DNA of 64,000 bases from an uncultured Rivularia sp. (GTDB lineage Bacteria; Cyanobacteriota; Cyanobacteriia; Cyanobacteriales; Nostocaceae), in assembly GCA_963665115.1 (NCBI GenBank), contig OY762007.1, positions 1,792,001-1,856,000 of the forward strand. The letters run 5' to 3'. The notes under the pieces were generated by a model. That model ran no database searches, was not told where the DNA came from, and saw only the letters and a program-made list of their open reading frames with translations. Shown here one piece after another: positions 32,336 through 43,295 of the stretch (position 1 is its first letter; every line of letters begins with the position of its first letter). The translations under genes were made by a program, and so were the position numbers.

Positions 32336-32419
32336 ATATTACTTCTTTCCCGCTCCAAAACAAATTAATTCTCTCCACCTTTTCCCTCAGCGCCCTCTGC
32401 GCCCTCTGCGGTTTTATTC

Positions 32420-33598
32420 CTATTCCCTACTCCTCAAAAACCTCTTAAAATCAAGATTCAGATATTCCAACACATCCTCAACATTATCAGCAACAACATG
32501 AGCTACCCCGAAAAAAGGAGTAATTTCCGGATTACTGGGAAGATAATTTAACAACCTATCCCCAAAGCTATTACAAAAAGATTCCTCATCAAAGCTGTAT
32601 TTTTCAGCTTCGTATTTCTCCGGTATACTAGCAAGCACAAAAGCATAAACCTGAGAATTACTATCACTATTTAACAAAGAATCCCAATTCGGTGCTTCAT
32701 CCGTAAAAAATAAATCGTAGGGATTAAAACCAAAAGCATATTCAGTAATATCTGGTAGCGCAACTTGTCCAAACCGCAACGGATTTAATTCAATAGGAAA
32801 AAGATTGCCGTTATTAAATCTAAACTCAAAATGAAACGGAAAACGACGCATATCAAGCTTGTTTCCAATATGCTCCAACACCTGCATCGTTTGCTCTATT
32901 GTTTCAGCTACCACTTTTGTAGAAGTGTAATACAGCGTATCGCTAACATCTAAACTTGATGCAAAAGGATGTTGATAAATGCCAGTTATTACCGTTTCAC
33001 TGTTTGCATCCCAAAAACCATCACAAGCAAATTCATCACCTTCAACATATTCTTCCACAAGAAAAGAAGAATCATTTAACATCGCCGGATTCAAATGTTC
33101 TTTAGCTATATCAATATCTTTAAGAACCGAATTTACTGCCTTTTCCCATTCCTGTTGTCTATCTACGGTGCGAATACCTATAGAAGTAGTTCCAAAACTG
33201 GGTTTGATTACTACCGTTTCAACTGACTCTGGAAATCGAAAATCTTGCAAAGCTTCCCTTGTAAGTTCTAGATAAAATAAATTTGGATATAGCTCTTTAA
33301 CTAACTCGCGAAAAGTAGCTTTATTTTTAAAAGCATTAACTCTATCTAAACGTTGCGGTGGCAGATTATCAAGAATAAAAGCAAGACTTGCTTCCCAATT
33401 CATAATTACCACTGCATTTTTATCTTTAAGAAAAGACGCAGCTTCCACATCTTTAATGATATTAATATCCGGTAACGGAGCAGTCGGAGGTTGTACGTAA
33501 ACGGGAATATCCCAACGTTGAATTGCACGTAGTAATGAAGGAGAAATAATATGTCCCGAGATACAACATAAGTTGCTTGATTTGATGTTTTTATTCAT
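32420..33598 (-). CDS. ATP-grasp domain protein
   Basis: KNKATFR, VIKP, FLVEEYVEGDEF, HFEFR and PIELNPLRFG motifs. Confidence 0.85.
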   Translation of the reverse strand: MNKNIKSSNLCCISGHIISPSLLRAIQRWDIPVYVQPPTAPLPDINIIKDVEAASFLKDKNAVVIMNWEASLAFILDNLPPQRLDRVNAFKNKATFRELVKELYPNLFYLELTREALQDFRFPESVETVVIKPSFGTTSIGIRTVDRQQEWEKAVNSVLKDIDIAKEHLNPAMLNDSSFLVEEYVEGDEFACDGFWDANSETVITGIYQHPFASSLDVSDTLYYTSTKVVAETIEQTMQVLEHIGNKLDMRRFPFHFEFRFNNGNLFPIELNPLRFGQVALPDITEYAFGFNPYDLFFTDEAPNWDSLLNSDSNSQVYAFVLASIPEKYEAEKYSFDEESFCNSFGDRLLNYLPSNPEITPFFGVAHVVADNVEDVLEYLNLDFKRFLRSRE

Positions 33599-33694
33599 AA
33601 ATATTTCTCTCCCTACCAATTACGAATAATCTAAATTAATAATTCCCAATTACCCATTACCCATTACCTATTACCAATTCCCAATTACCCAAAA

Positions 33695-34351
33695 TCACTT
33701 ATCCAACCGCAACAAAATATCAACTAACTTTTTCGCATCGACCACATAAATACCATTCAGTTCGCTATCAGGAATATTCACACCACCCCTTGTAAAACAA
33801 AGTATTGCAGTTACCCAATCTACACCTTTTAACTTCCTTACTTCTTTTGCTTGTCCTTTAACTTTATGAATCAGATCGCCTTCTCTAAAATCATGAATTT
33901 TTTTACCATAACGTCTTCTTAAATGTCCGTTTTCAGATATTTTGGTCCCACCATGAGACTTAACATCAACTACGTACCACTTACCTTTAGGTGAACGTAA
34001 AACTATATCAGCATCTCCCCATCTTTTAATTCTCAAATTATATTCAATTTGCCATTTTTGGCTTTCTAAAACATATAATAAATCAGCTACATCAGTTTCA
34101 GCTTTAGCACCACGTCGAGCATCTAAGGCTCGTTTATCAAAGTATTTACCGCTACGGAACAAATAGCATGAACCCGTAAACCCTATCAATAAAATTAAAA
34201 TTGCTGCTGAAGAGGTAGAAAAAATAAAAAATAACCACACCGTTGCTATTGAAACACCCCCAGCTAGAAAATAACGTACCATTGCTGACAGCTTTCGTTT
34301 TCTAGCTAATTTACGGATGTATTCTCCCGGCTTTTTTGTATTAGTTGACAA
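33695..34351 (-). CDS. NERD (nuclease-related domain) membrane protein
   Basis: Two TM helices, then GAKAE…GDADIVL…VVDVKS. Confidence 0.8.
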   Translation of the reverse strand: MSTNTKKPGEYIRKLARKRKLSAMVRYFLAGGVSIATVWLFFIFSTSSAAILILLIGFTGSCYLFRSGKYFDKRALDARRGAKAETDVADLLYVLESQKWQIEYNLRIKRWGDADIVLRSPKGKWYVVDVKSHGGTKISENGHLRRRYGKKIHDFREGDLIHKVKGQAKEVRKLKGVDWVTAILCFTRGGVNIPDSELNGIYVVDAKKLVDILLRLDK

Positions 34352-34510
34352 TTTTTTAGTTTATTTGAATTAATTTAAATATTATTGAAAGTATATATTG
34401 TAATTAAGGTTTTTAAGTACCTTTGATAATAAAATTTACGCTAAAAAGCCACTATAACTTACGATTCTTTTCTGTGCCTTATTTCCTCTGCACGCTTTAA
34501 TCAAAATATC

Positions 34511-35090
34511 CTATCCCCAAATTTTCTGCATATTCAGCAAAAACCCAGGTAAAACATACTCTCCGGAAATAGTTTGAGGTAATTTTAAGACTTCAACTTC
34601 TTTCTCCAAACGATAAATTTCTACTTCCTGTTTTTTCCGATTAATCAACCAGCCCAAACGACAGCCATTTTCAATATATTCAAGCATCTTATTTTGCAGC
34701 TTTTTCAAATTATCAGAAGGCGACATTATTTCAATCACAAAATCGGGACAAAGAGGAATAAATCTTTCTTTTTGTTCTTTAGTTAAAGCATCCCAACGAG
34801 ACTTTTCCACCCACGAAACATCTGGAGATCGATCTGCTCCTGATGGTAAAGTAAATCCAGTTGATGAATCAAAAACTTCGCCGAGTTGATTTTGTTCGTT
34901 CCAAAACCATATTTGTCCGTTAATACTAGAATTACTTCTTCCCGTTTCTCCTCCCGTTGGTGGCATAACAATTAATTCCCCTTGAGCATTACGTTTCTAA
35001 TTTTAATTCCGGGTTTGTTTCACACAGTTGATAAAACTGTTCTCTGGTAAGCATGACTATTGGATTTAAATTTAATGTAAGTGAACTCAT
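34511..35090 (-). CDS. Uma2 family endonuclease (frameshift at about 34994-34996)
   Basis: ATG 35090 MSSLTLNL…EQFYQLCETNPELKLE joins RNAQGELIVMPPTGGETG…RSPD…PDFVIE by removing one A. Confidence 0.85.
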
Positions 35091-35265
35091 AGGATTTTGG
35101 ATTTTAGATTTTAGATTTTAGATTGGGAGCATCCCAATTATTTAAAAATATATTGTAGTGGGAGCGTCTCGCTCCCTGGTAGTAACTTTCTATTACTATT
35201 ACCAATTACCAATTACCAATTACCAATTACCAATCCCCAATCCCCAATCCCCAATGCCCAATGCC

Positions 35266-35745
35266 CTAATGAATAGCATAATCTAAAACTCTTTCCCAAC
35301 CCCAGCGCCAAGCTGTTTCTATCAACATTTCTTTACTATTTGTAAAAACAATGTATTCCTTCCCAGCATCATAAATAATATCTGCAACAAGTTGATTGCG
35401 CTTATCATATCCCCACATCTTTGCAGCACCTTCCCACCATTTTTGCCCCGGTGTTTTCAAAATCGATTGATTCAGATACTCCGCATACCATTCCTTTGGC
35501 TGCCATTTTTCATTTAGCGATCGCACTAGAATAATACTCGCGTGATATTCTTGTTTTTGTTTGTGCAACCATAATACATAGCTGATTGCTGCTCTTAAAG
35601 CATCTTCTAGCCCATCAAAGCTACTTTCCAAAGCTTCTCGTACATCAGCACGTGAAAAATTTACACCAATAGTAACTAAAGCTTTTTCGTACTGTTTAAA
35701 TACTTCGTACTCTACCGAATTTTGATCGTATAGCCACACGCTCAA
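35266..35745 (-). CDS. Hypothetical protein
   Basis: 159-aa Trp-rich ORF with an RBS-like GAGG upstream. Confidence 0.65.
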   Translation of the reverse strand: MSVWLYDQNSVEYEVFKQYEKALVTIGVNFSRADVREALESSFDGLEDALRAAISYVLWLHKQKQEYHASIILVRSLNEKWQPKEWYAEYLNQSILKTPGQKWWEGAAKMWGYDKRNQLVADIIYDAGKEYIVFTNSKEMLIETAWRWGWERVLDYAIH

Positions 35746-35991
35746 TCATCCTCACAAAAATAAGTCCTACAAATAATCTTTAATTTAGTATCGCAGTTTT
35801 TCACTTTACATAAATCAAGTATAGATAAAATACAGTTTAATTGATAAAGTTAGTCATATATAATTAATTTTTAGAAATGTAACCAGATGTGTATTGTTAT
35901 TAATAAGGTTTGATTTGCTTATAATTATATACGTAAATATTAAAAGCGATATTTTTTTCAATAGCAATAAAAACTTTATTAAATCAATAAA

Positions 35992-36900
35992 ATGAGTCAA
36001 ACTTATTTGGATATTGCACGACAAGGCAAAAATAATTGGTGGCGCTATTTATTAGGTATAATTCTCATTCTATTCTTCTGGTTTATTGTAGGTGGTATAG
36101 CCGCAGGTATTTTACTAATCTTACCTGTTGCCAACCAAGGTTTAAGTTCATCGGAATTAACTCAACAAGTTGAAGCTTCTTTGAGAAAACCTTCTATCCA
36201 AACATATCTGATAATTAATATTCAGTTTATCTTTTTTTTGCTAGGAATATTCTTGAGTATGAAGTGGCTGCATCAGCGGCGATTTTTATCTTTAGTTGGT
36301 GCAGATGCCAAAATTAGATGGCAGCGCTTTTTTCAAGGATTTGGAGTCTGGTTTTTAATTCACTCAACTCTTTTTGCTATCAGTTTTATATTAGAACCAG
36401 GTAATTTAGAATTTGCTTTTAAACCAGTTCAATGGTTGATTTTACTTGCTTGTGCTTTAATATTAACTCCCATACAAACTTCTACAGAAGAGTTATTTTT
36501 TCGCGGCTATATACTTCAAGGATTGGGATTAATTACAAAACAGCCATTAATACTAATGATGATTAATGGTATTTTATTTATGTTACCGCATTTAGCCAAT
36601 CCAGAAGTTCAACGCGGATTTTTATGGATGGCACTATATTACTTTTCTTTTGGTGTTTTTTGTACGTTACTAACACTCAAAGACAATCGATTAGAACTCG
36701 CTTTTGGCGCTCATGCAGCAAATAACCTGTTTGTTATCTTATTTGTCAGCACAAAAGACTCAGCAATTCAAGTACCTGCAATTTGGTTAGCCAAAGAAAC
36801 TGGCGATCCAAAATGGACAGTATTATTGTTTTTGCTTGAATGCGTCTTGTTTTATCTAATTATCTTTAATTTCGCAAGAAAGAAAATGAGTAATCGGTAA
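35992..36900 (+). CDS. CPBP (CAAX/Abi) family intramembrane metalloprotease
   Basis: EELFFRG, FMLPH and HAANN motifs. Confidence 0.9.
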   Translation: MSQTYLDIARQGKNNWWRYLLGIILILFFWFIVGGIAAGILLILPVANQGLSSSELTQQVEASLRKPSIQTYLIINIQFIFFLLGIFLSMKWLHQRRFLSLVGADAKIRWQRFFQGFGVWFLIHSTLFAISFILEPGNLEFAFKPVQWLILLACALILTPIQTSTEELFFRGYILQGLGLITKQPLILMMINGILFMLPHLANPEVQRGFLWMALYYFSFGVFCTLLTLKDNRLELAFGAHAANNLFVILFVSTKDSAIQVPAIWLAKETGDPKWTVLLFLLECVLFYLIIFNFARKKMSNR

Positions 36901-37017
36901 TCAAGAATAAGCAAGACAAATAATATCTCAATGCCCCATGCCCCCCAACCCTATTCCCCATGTCAATTACGATGTAAAATCAGTTTTTAGATCAACTGCA
37001 AAGGGGAGAAAACAGGA

Positions 37018-37740
37018 GTGCTGACACTCGGTGTAAATATTGACCACATCGCCACTATTCGACAAGCGCGGCGCACGGTGGAACCCGATCCAGTGGCGGC
37101 TGCGGTGCTGGCTGAGATAGGTGGTGCGGATGGGATTACGGTACATTTACGGGAAGATCGAAGACATATTCAAGACAGAGATGTACGGATTTTGCGAGAA
37201 ACTGTCAGAACTCATCTGAATTTAGAAATGGCGGCTACCGACGAAATGTTGGCGATCGCTCTCGATATCAAACCCGATTATGTGACTCTGGTACCGGAGA
37301 AGCGCGAGGAAGTCACCACCGAAGGCGGTTTAGATATTGCCGGACAAGTTGATAGAATTGGAAATATAGTTGAGAAGTTGCAAAGTATTGGCATTCCCGT
37401 AAGTTTATTTATTGATGCGGAAGATTCACAAATTGAAGCATCTGTCAAGGTAAAAGCAAAATTTATTGAGTTACATACGGGAAGATATGCGGAAGCTAAA
37501 AATGAAGTAACTCAAGATATGGAGTTGAATTTATTAACATACGCTTGCAACCAAGCAAGAAATGCCGGATTGCGAGTAAATGCCGGACATGGACTTACAT
37601 ATACAAACGTTTATCCCGTGGCTTGTATTGAAGGCATGGAAGAGCTTAATATCGGTCATACTATTATTAGTAGAGCCTCTTTAGTAGGCATAGAAAGAGC
37701 GGTAAGAGAAATCAAGCAAATCATGCACGGGAAACAGTAA
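37018..37740 (+). CDS. pdxJ: Pyridoxine 5'-phosphate synthase
   Basis: [19 protein letters not shown] and AGHGL motifs. Confidence 0.97.
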   Translation: MLTLGVNIDHIATIRQARRTVEPDPVAAAVLAEIGGADGITVHLREDRRHIQDRDVRILRETVRTHLNLEMAATDEMLAIALDIKPDYVTLVPEKREEVTTEGGLDIAGQVDRIGNIVEKLQSIGIPVSLFIDAEDSQIEASVKVKAKFIELHTGRYAEAKNEVTQDMELNLLTYACNQARNAGLRVNAGHGLTYTNVYPVACIEGMEELNIGHTIISRASLVGIERAVREIKQIMHGKQ

Positions 37741-38018
37741 TCAGTTAACAGTAATTAGTTAACAGTGAACAGTTATTCAATGCCCAATGCCCCATCCCCA
37801 ATCCCCAATCCCCAATTACAACAGTTAACAGTAAACAGTAAAAATATCTTAATAGTTGATAATTAAAAATTGTTAACCGAGATTTGAGGGTTGAATCCGT
37901 GAAATATGCTCTGGGCAAAAGAAATCTTACTTAGAAAGTAAATAGTCACTGCATATCCAATCAATTTATTTACCAATAATAAATATATAGCGACAATACT
38001 TTACAGCAGATTAATTCT

Positions 38019-38810
38019 ATGAGCGCAACACAATCGAACAATTTGCCTTTGTGGGTACAGGATCGAGAAACTCTAATTGAACATAGTGCCGATGCTCAAT
38101 GGCGCGGTAATAACCCTCCCGATTATGCCGAATCAGTTGAAAATTTGGCAAAGGAAAGCCTGAAAAATCATCCTGCGGGTTCTTTAGAGGATTTAGTGCA
38201 AAATTTGGTTAGAGCCTTTGAGATGGAGGCATCTTTCAAAACTAATCCTTCGGAGTGGCTATCGGTTGTAAATGATAAGTTTCGCATGAGCAGCAACGGT
38301 GGAGAAGAATTCACCGCACAAGAAGTGTCGGATGCGGGAACTTACAACTTATTTATTGGGGAAATGGAGCAGTATAAAGCTTCGGAGGAAAACTTTGAAT
38401 CATCTGGAAGACTTTTCCGCAGTGCATTTCCCAAAGGATTTTTATGGGAAGTGTTAGAAGTATATTCGGGGCCACCAAACGTTACATTCAAATGGCGGCA
38501 TTGGGGAACATTTAATGGCCTATATAAAGACTATGCTCCTACAGGGGAAGTTGTAGAGGTAATTGGTATGAGTCTTGCACGGGTAAGTGATGATTTGAAA
38601 GTGATTTCTTTGGAACACTATTTCGATAACACTCTGTTCTTTGACAAACTTACAAGCGGTGGTATGATTACTACGCACAAGAGAAGCAACCCAATTTTAA
38701 GATTGGTGCAAAAACTTTGGGGAAGCAGCGAAAAACCAGCTACTCAACAGCTAGCAACAACTGGTTGTCCGTTTAAAAAATTAGCCGCTCCTTTCAATTC
38801 TTCAAATTAA
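38019..38810 (+). CDS. SnoaL-like / pathogen-related-protein-like ester cyclase family
   Basis: PPDY…SLEDLVQNLV..FEMEASFK…WEVLEVYSGPP…KWRHWG. Confidence 0.75.
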   Translation: MSATQSNNLPLWVQDRETLIEHSADAQWRGNNPPDYAESVENLAKESLKNHPAGSLEDLVQNLVRAFEMEASFKTNPSEWLSVVNDKFRMSSNGGEEFTAQEVSDAGTYNLFIGEMEQYKASEENFESSGRLFRSAFPKGFLWEVLEVYSGPPNVTFKWRHWGTFNGLYKDYAPTGEVVEVIGMSLARVSDDLKVISLEHYFDNTLFFDKLTSGGMITTHKRSNPILRLVQKLWGSSEKPATQQLATTGCPFKKLAAPFNSSN

Positions 38811-38875
38811 ATTGCACTCGGACACAGTATTATATGCTGTGTCCCAATCATTTGTTCAATCTATCACGTGTGACA

Positions 38876-39208
38876 ATGCAAACATACTATTACGTACTCG
38901 CTTCTCAACGCTTTTTATTAGAAGAAGAACCTTTTGAGGAGGTTTTAAAGGAACGTACTCGTTATTATCACGAACAAGAGAAAGAAATCGATTTTTGGTT
39001 AGTTAAACAGCCAGCTTTTCTTGAAACTGCCGCCATGTCAGAGATTAAAGCCAAATGCCCGCAACCAGCAGCGGCAGTTGTTTCTACCAATCCTCAATTT
39101 ATCACTTGGTTGAAACTGCGATTGGAATATGTAGTAACGGGTGAATTTCAAGCTCCTTCTTCAGAGATTCCCGATGCTTTAGCGAGTCTAGCTCCAGTTT
39201 CATCGTAG
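38876..39208 (+). CDS. ycf54: Ycf54, MgPME-cyclase auxiliary protein
   Basis: MQTYYYVLASQRFL.EEEP…DFWLV.QP.FL…FITWLKLRL. Confidence 0.93.
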   Translation: MQTYYYVLASQRFLLEEEPFEEVLKERTRYYHEQEKEIDFWLVKQPAFLETAAMSEIKAKCPQPAAAVVSTNPQFITWLKLRLEYVVTGEFQAPSSEIPDALASLAPVSS

Positions 39209-39349
39209 GGAACAGGGAACGGGGAAGGGGGAATAGGTAACAGGAAACGCGGGAAAAGTATTTATCTAATTAATAACGAGGGGATTTAATTTAAAACCTT
39301 TAACCTTTAACCTTTGACTTTTAAGCTTTAACCTTTAACCTTTTTAATT

Positions 39350-40045
39350 ATGGTGTGTATTAGGGGAATAAATATGAATCCGATTAATTCAAGTATTTTG
39401 CGTAAATTTAAAATCCCAGCCGCTTTAATATTATCAACAGCCGGTTTGCTATGCGGGATAAATTCTGTATCTGCTCAGAGCAATACTCCTACCTGTCAAG
39501 CTCCTAGAACAGGTGAATATCTTTTATTAGTAGTCAGTCCGACAAAAGATAATCAAACCCAATTAAAGCGAGTATTACCCACAAAAATTAGGACAAATAT
39601 CTGTAAATATCTTGACGATACAGTTACCCGCATCGGTGGATTTAAGAAAATTGACGATGCCAATCGCTGGGCAAGATATATCAAAGATTCTGCTGGTTTA
39701 TCTGCAATAATTACTACTAGACCTACGGGAACACCTACACCATCTCAAGCAGGAATTCAAGCAACTACCGTAAGTTACAAACCTCGACGCTTGGGAAATG
39801 GTTACGCCGTATTAGTAGATTATTACAATCGTCCTCAAATGGTAAACGACGTTCGCAAAGCAGTCAAAGGAGACGTGGGTTTCGTAGCTTACGGAAGACG
39901 ACCTTATTTGTTAGCTAATTACACCAGCAATCAAAAAGAAGCCTATCAAACCTTAGAAGAACTTTCCAAACGCGGATTTTTTGCCATCATTGTTGATAGT
40001 GAAAAGGTGATGTTATTACGTTCTGTCGTCAATTTACCTAATTAG
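39350..40045 (+). CDS. Secreted conserved hypothetical protein
   Basis: Signal-like N-terminus; C…EYLLLV and GYAVLVDY motifs. Confidence 0.7.
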   Translation: MVCIRGINMNPINSSILRKFKIPAALILSTAGLLCGINSVSAQSNTPTCQAPRTGEYLLLVVSPTKDNQTQLKRVLPTKIRTNICKYLDDTVTRIGGFKKIDDANRWARYIKDSAGLSAIITTRPTGTPTPSQAGIQATTVSYKPRRLGNGYAVLVDYYNRPQMVNDVRKAVKGDVGFVAYGRRPYLLANYTSNQKEAYQTLEELSKRGFFAIIVDSEKVMLLRSVVNLPN

Positions 40046-40090
40046 TTGATAGTTGATAGTTGATAGTTGTTCCACTAACCACTAACCCTT

Positions 40091-40186
40091 CGGGTATCTC
40101 CTTCGGAGACGCTGAGCCGCACGCTCCGCGTGAACGCTAATGCAGTCGCTCATGGGGGAGACCCCCAAGACCGCGCTGTCTCACCA
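40091..40186. repeat. Nested small dispersed repeats (SDR-like hairpin elements)
   Basis: GC-rich hairpins; 40091-40140 matches the reverse complement of 45848-45899 except in the loops. Confidence 0.75.
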
Positions 40187-40193
40187 CTAACCC

Positions 40194-40649
40194 TTAATAA
40201 GCTGCTTGCGCCAACAAAGAAATAGTAACACCCAAAGCCGAACCGGCTATTACTTGAAAGGGTGTATGTCCGAGTAATTCTTTAAGACGCTCGGCAGCTA
40301 TTTCGGGATGATCGTGGAACATCTCGTCAATTACTTGGTTGAGGATGCGTGCTTGTTTTCCGGCAGCTTGTCGGACTCCAGCAGCATCATACATAACGAT
40401 GACGGCGAAAATTGCAGCTAAAGCAAACTCGGGGGAAGCCCAGCCGATAGTTTGTCCAACACCAGCAGCCAAAGCGGTAACTAAAGCTGAATGAGCGCTG
40501 GGCATACCTCCAGTTGTGACTAAAACACTCGCACTCACTTTACCGTTTTTGATTAGCTCGATTAGGAGCTTTAAAGCCTGGGCGGTGAAACAAGCTATCA
40601 AGGCAACCAATAGCACGTGATTGTCAAATACATTGCCTATATCTTGCAT
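40194..40649 (-). CDS. Divergent PAP2 family protein (DUF212)
   Basis: GGMPSAHSA, VMYDAAGVRQAAG and LGHTP motifs; usual position after crtE. Confidence 0.92.
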   Translation of the reverse strand: MQDIGNVFDNHVLLVALIACFTAQALKLLIELIKNGKVSASVLVTTGGMPSAHSALVTALAAGVGQTIGWASPEFALAAIFAVIVMYDAAGVRQAAGKQARILNQVIDEMFHDHPEIAAERLKELLGHTPFQVIAGSALGVTISLLAQAAY

Positions 40650-40746
40650 GGTATTACGGTTAAATTAGAGTAATATTAGCAGTGGTTGTGCGCGTGAGGA
40701 AGTGTGGGATATTACTTATTAAAATCCCCAAGGTGGAAAAGTTGAA

Positions 40747-41682
40747 TTAGTTATTACGACTAGTAATGAAATAAGCGAGGGCAACTAAAGGTTTAGCTTG
40801 CTCCCCAAAGGGTTCTAATTCAGCACAAGCAGCTTCAACAAGTAACTGTGCTTGTTTCTTCGATTCTTCCAAACCCCAAAGACTGGGATAGGTAACTTTT
40901 TGCGCTTTTTGGTCTTTGCCAGCAGTTTTACCTAATTGTTCTTGGGTTGCGGTGATATCCAGAATATCATCAACTATCTGAAATGCAAGTCCAATATTTT
41001 GAGAATAGCGTTCGAGTCTTTGTAAGTTTTCTGATGATGTTCCCGATAAGATACCCCCACAAACTACACTAGCTTCTAAAAGAGCGGCTGTTTTATGATT
41101 ATGAATAAAATTCAGAGTTTCTAAGGGAACATCCGTCTTCCCTTCCATTTCTAAATCTACAACTTGGCCGCCAACTAAACCAGCAGCACCAACCGCACGT
41201 CCCAAACGGGAAATTACCTGTAAAACTTGGGTTGCTGGCACTTCTTGGGTATTCGCTGCCACATACTCAAAAGCATAAGCTAACAAACCATCCCCAGCTA
41301 AAATTGCTACATCATCCCCATATACTTTGTGATTGGTTAACTTACCCCGACGGTAATCATCATTATCCATCGCCGGGAGGTCATCGTGAATCAAAGACAT
41401 GGTGTGAATCATTTCCAAAGCGCAAGCCGTCGGCATTGCCATCTCGATATTTCCACCAGTCATTTCGCAAGTAGCCAGACATAAAATCGGACGCAACCGC
41501 TTACCTCCAGCTAAAAGAGAATAGCGCATTGACTCATAAATTTTCTCCGGATAAACTACGGTCATCGACTTATCCAAAGCAGCTTCCACAAGCTTTTGTC
41601 TATCCTTTAGATAAACCGATAAATCAAACTTTAATTGTTTGGATTCTGGTGAATTTTTTGTCAGATTATCTGCTGCAACCAT
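40747..41682 (-). CDS. crtE: Geranylgeranyl diphosphate synthase
   Basis: [21 protein letters not shown] and FQIVDDILD motifs. True start ATG 41682; the upstream extension is STRR sequence. Confidence 0.95.
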   Translation of the reverse strand: MVAADNLTKNSPESKQLKFDLSVYLKDRQKLVEAALDKSMTVVYPEKIYESMRYSLLAGGKRLRPILCLATCEMTGGNIEMAMPTACALEMIHTMSLIHDDLPAMDNDDYRRGKLTNHKVYGDDVAILAGDGLLAYAFEYVAANTQEVPATQVLQVISRLGRAVGAAGLVGGQVVDLEMEGKTDVPLETLNFIHNHKTAALLEASVVCGGILSGTSSENLQRLERYSQNIGLAFQIVDDILDITATQEQLGKTAGKDQKAQKVTYPSLWGLEESKKQAQLLVEAACAELEPFGEQAKPLVALAYFITSRNN

Positions 41683-41804
41683 TTGCTCCTGCTCCTTAAT
41701 TTCCTGTTTTATCTCAACTGTTAACTGGTAATTGGTAATTGGTAGTTGGTAATTGGTAATTGGTAATTGGTAATTGTTCACCACTAACCACTAACTACTC
41801 ACCA

Positions 41805-42678
41805 CTAACAACGCTCCTGATAACTGTTAACAGTATTTTCTAACAACATGGCAACAGTCATAGGCCCCTATACCACCGGGAACTGGGGTAAGGAAATCTG
41901 CAACAGTTGCAACTTCATCAAACCTGACATCACCAATTAAGCGACTTTTGCCGTTGTCGTCAGTAATGCGGTTTATCCCCACATCTACCACAACCGCGCC
42001 TTTTTTCACCATTTCGGCGGTAATTAATTGGGGAATCCCCACGGCGCTAACTAGAATATCGGCTTTTTTTGTAATATCTTGTAAATTTTGGGTGCGCGAA
42101 TGAGCCATAGTAACTGTGGCATTTGCTTCTAATAGCATGATCGACATTGGTTTCCCTACCAAAATCGAACGTCCTAATACTACTGCTTGTTTTCCTTCAA
42201 GGGATATGGAATATTCTTCCAACAAACGCATTACACCCGCAGGAGTGCAACTGCGTAAACCTGGCTCACCCCTTAATAATCTTCCCAAATTCAGGGGATG
42301 GAGTCCATCAACATCTTTATCGGGAGCAATTTGATGTAATAACGCTACGCTATCCAAATGAGGGGGGAGAGGTAGCTGGACTAAAATCCCATCAACTCGT
42401 TCGTCGGAATTTAAATTATGAATAACTTCTTGAAGTTCGTTAAAACTGGTTTCTGTGGGGAAATGTCGGTTAAACGAAGCAATACCCACCTTGGCACAAG
42501 CTCGTTCCTTGTTGCGGACATAAGCAGCGCTTGCAGGGTTGTCACCAACCATCAATACCGCCAAGCCAGGGGGACGACCTATTTTAGATTGCAATTGGGC
42601 TATCTTAGTTGAAAGTTCTTCGTGAATCTTTAACCCTAAAGCTTTACCATCAAGCAATTTTGCTGTTTTTGTTTCCAT
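41805..42678 (-). CDS. folD: Bifunctional methylenetetrahydrofolate dehydrogenase/cyclohydrolase (apparent frameshift at 41865-41868)
   Basis: YVRNK, VQLPLP, KDVDG, SCTP and DVGINR motifs. Removing one G restores the conserved [17 protein letters not shown]-terminus, ending at 41805. Confidence 0.95.
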
Positions 42679-42849
42679 GAGCAATTTTAAATCAGTAAAT
42701 ACGCCACGGCATTCACCATATTATTTATCTTCTCAGATAGTTTGCCGTGAAGCGAGAATAGAATTTTGTCTGTTAAAAACTTAGTATTATCGGGAACTAT
42801 ATATATGAAAATTACGACAATCCAAGCGCTGATACCTAAAATTCCGGAT

Positions 42850-43251
42850 ATGCTGCCTACAATGCAACAAGCTAGAAAAAGAGTTAACACAAAATTTATA
42901 TACCGTCTGGGATTAGCTCCTATCTTGATATTGGGGCTAGCAAGTTGCAACAATGTGAGCGAATACGGAATGAATGCCATTGGCGTGAATGTGACTGCAA
43001 TTAGCGAGCTAACACCGCAAAAAGGCGATAATAATGCTCCCGTTTACGTGAGCGGCAAAGTCGAAAGAAAAGTACCTTTGTTAGAGAAACAAATGTATCA
43101 GATCGAGGACTCCACTGGCAAAATTTGGGTATTAACCAATCAGAAAGGCTGGAAGGTAGGAGAGAAAGTTGTAGTCAAAGCCATACCTCAGTACGAAAGC
43201 ATTCCCATCTCTGGGGCAGAATTAGGGAAAGTTTACTTAGAAGAAAAGTAA
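42850..43251 (+). CDS. Putative lipoprotein with OB-fold-like domain
   Basis: LGLASC lipobox; VYVSGKV…YQIEDSTGKIWV; start uncertain. Confidence 0.7.
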   Translation: MLPTMQQARKRVNTKFIYRLGLAPILILGLASCNNVSEYGMNAIGVNVTAISELTPQKGDNNAPVYVSGKVERKVPLLEKQMYQIEDSTGKIWVLTNQKGWKVGEKVVVKAIPQYESIPISGAELGKVYLEEK

Positions 43252-43295
43252 TATTTTAGACTTTGACTATAATTAATTTTTATGAACAATAACCA

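Noticed and set aside
31186..33598. Complete graspetide RiPP gene cluster
   Set aside because: The genes are convergent, no precursor peptide is visible, and the ATP-grasp does not resemble MvdC/D-type maturases
40683..40715. Yfr1-like CCACAC/CCTCAC motif on the minus strand
   Set aside because: The two conserved Yfr1 motifs are not intact, there is no terminator, and the context is not the usual one
41683..41784. N-terminal extension of crtE (NYQLPIT repeats)
   Set aside because: STRR sequence read in frame; the real start is ATG 41682
41860..41870. Programmed frameshift in folD
   Set aside because: No slippery heptamer or stimulatory structure; the same GGGGCC anomaly occurs elsewhere, so a sequencing error is more likely
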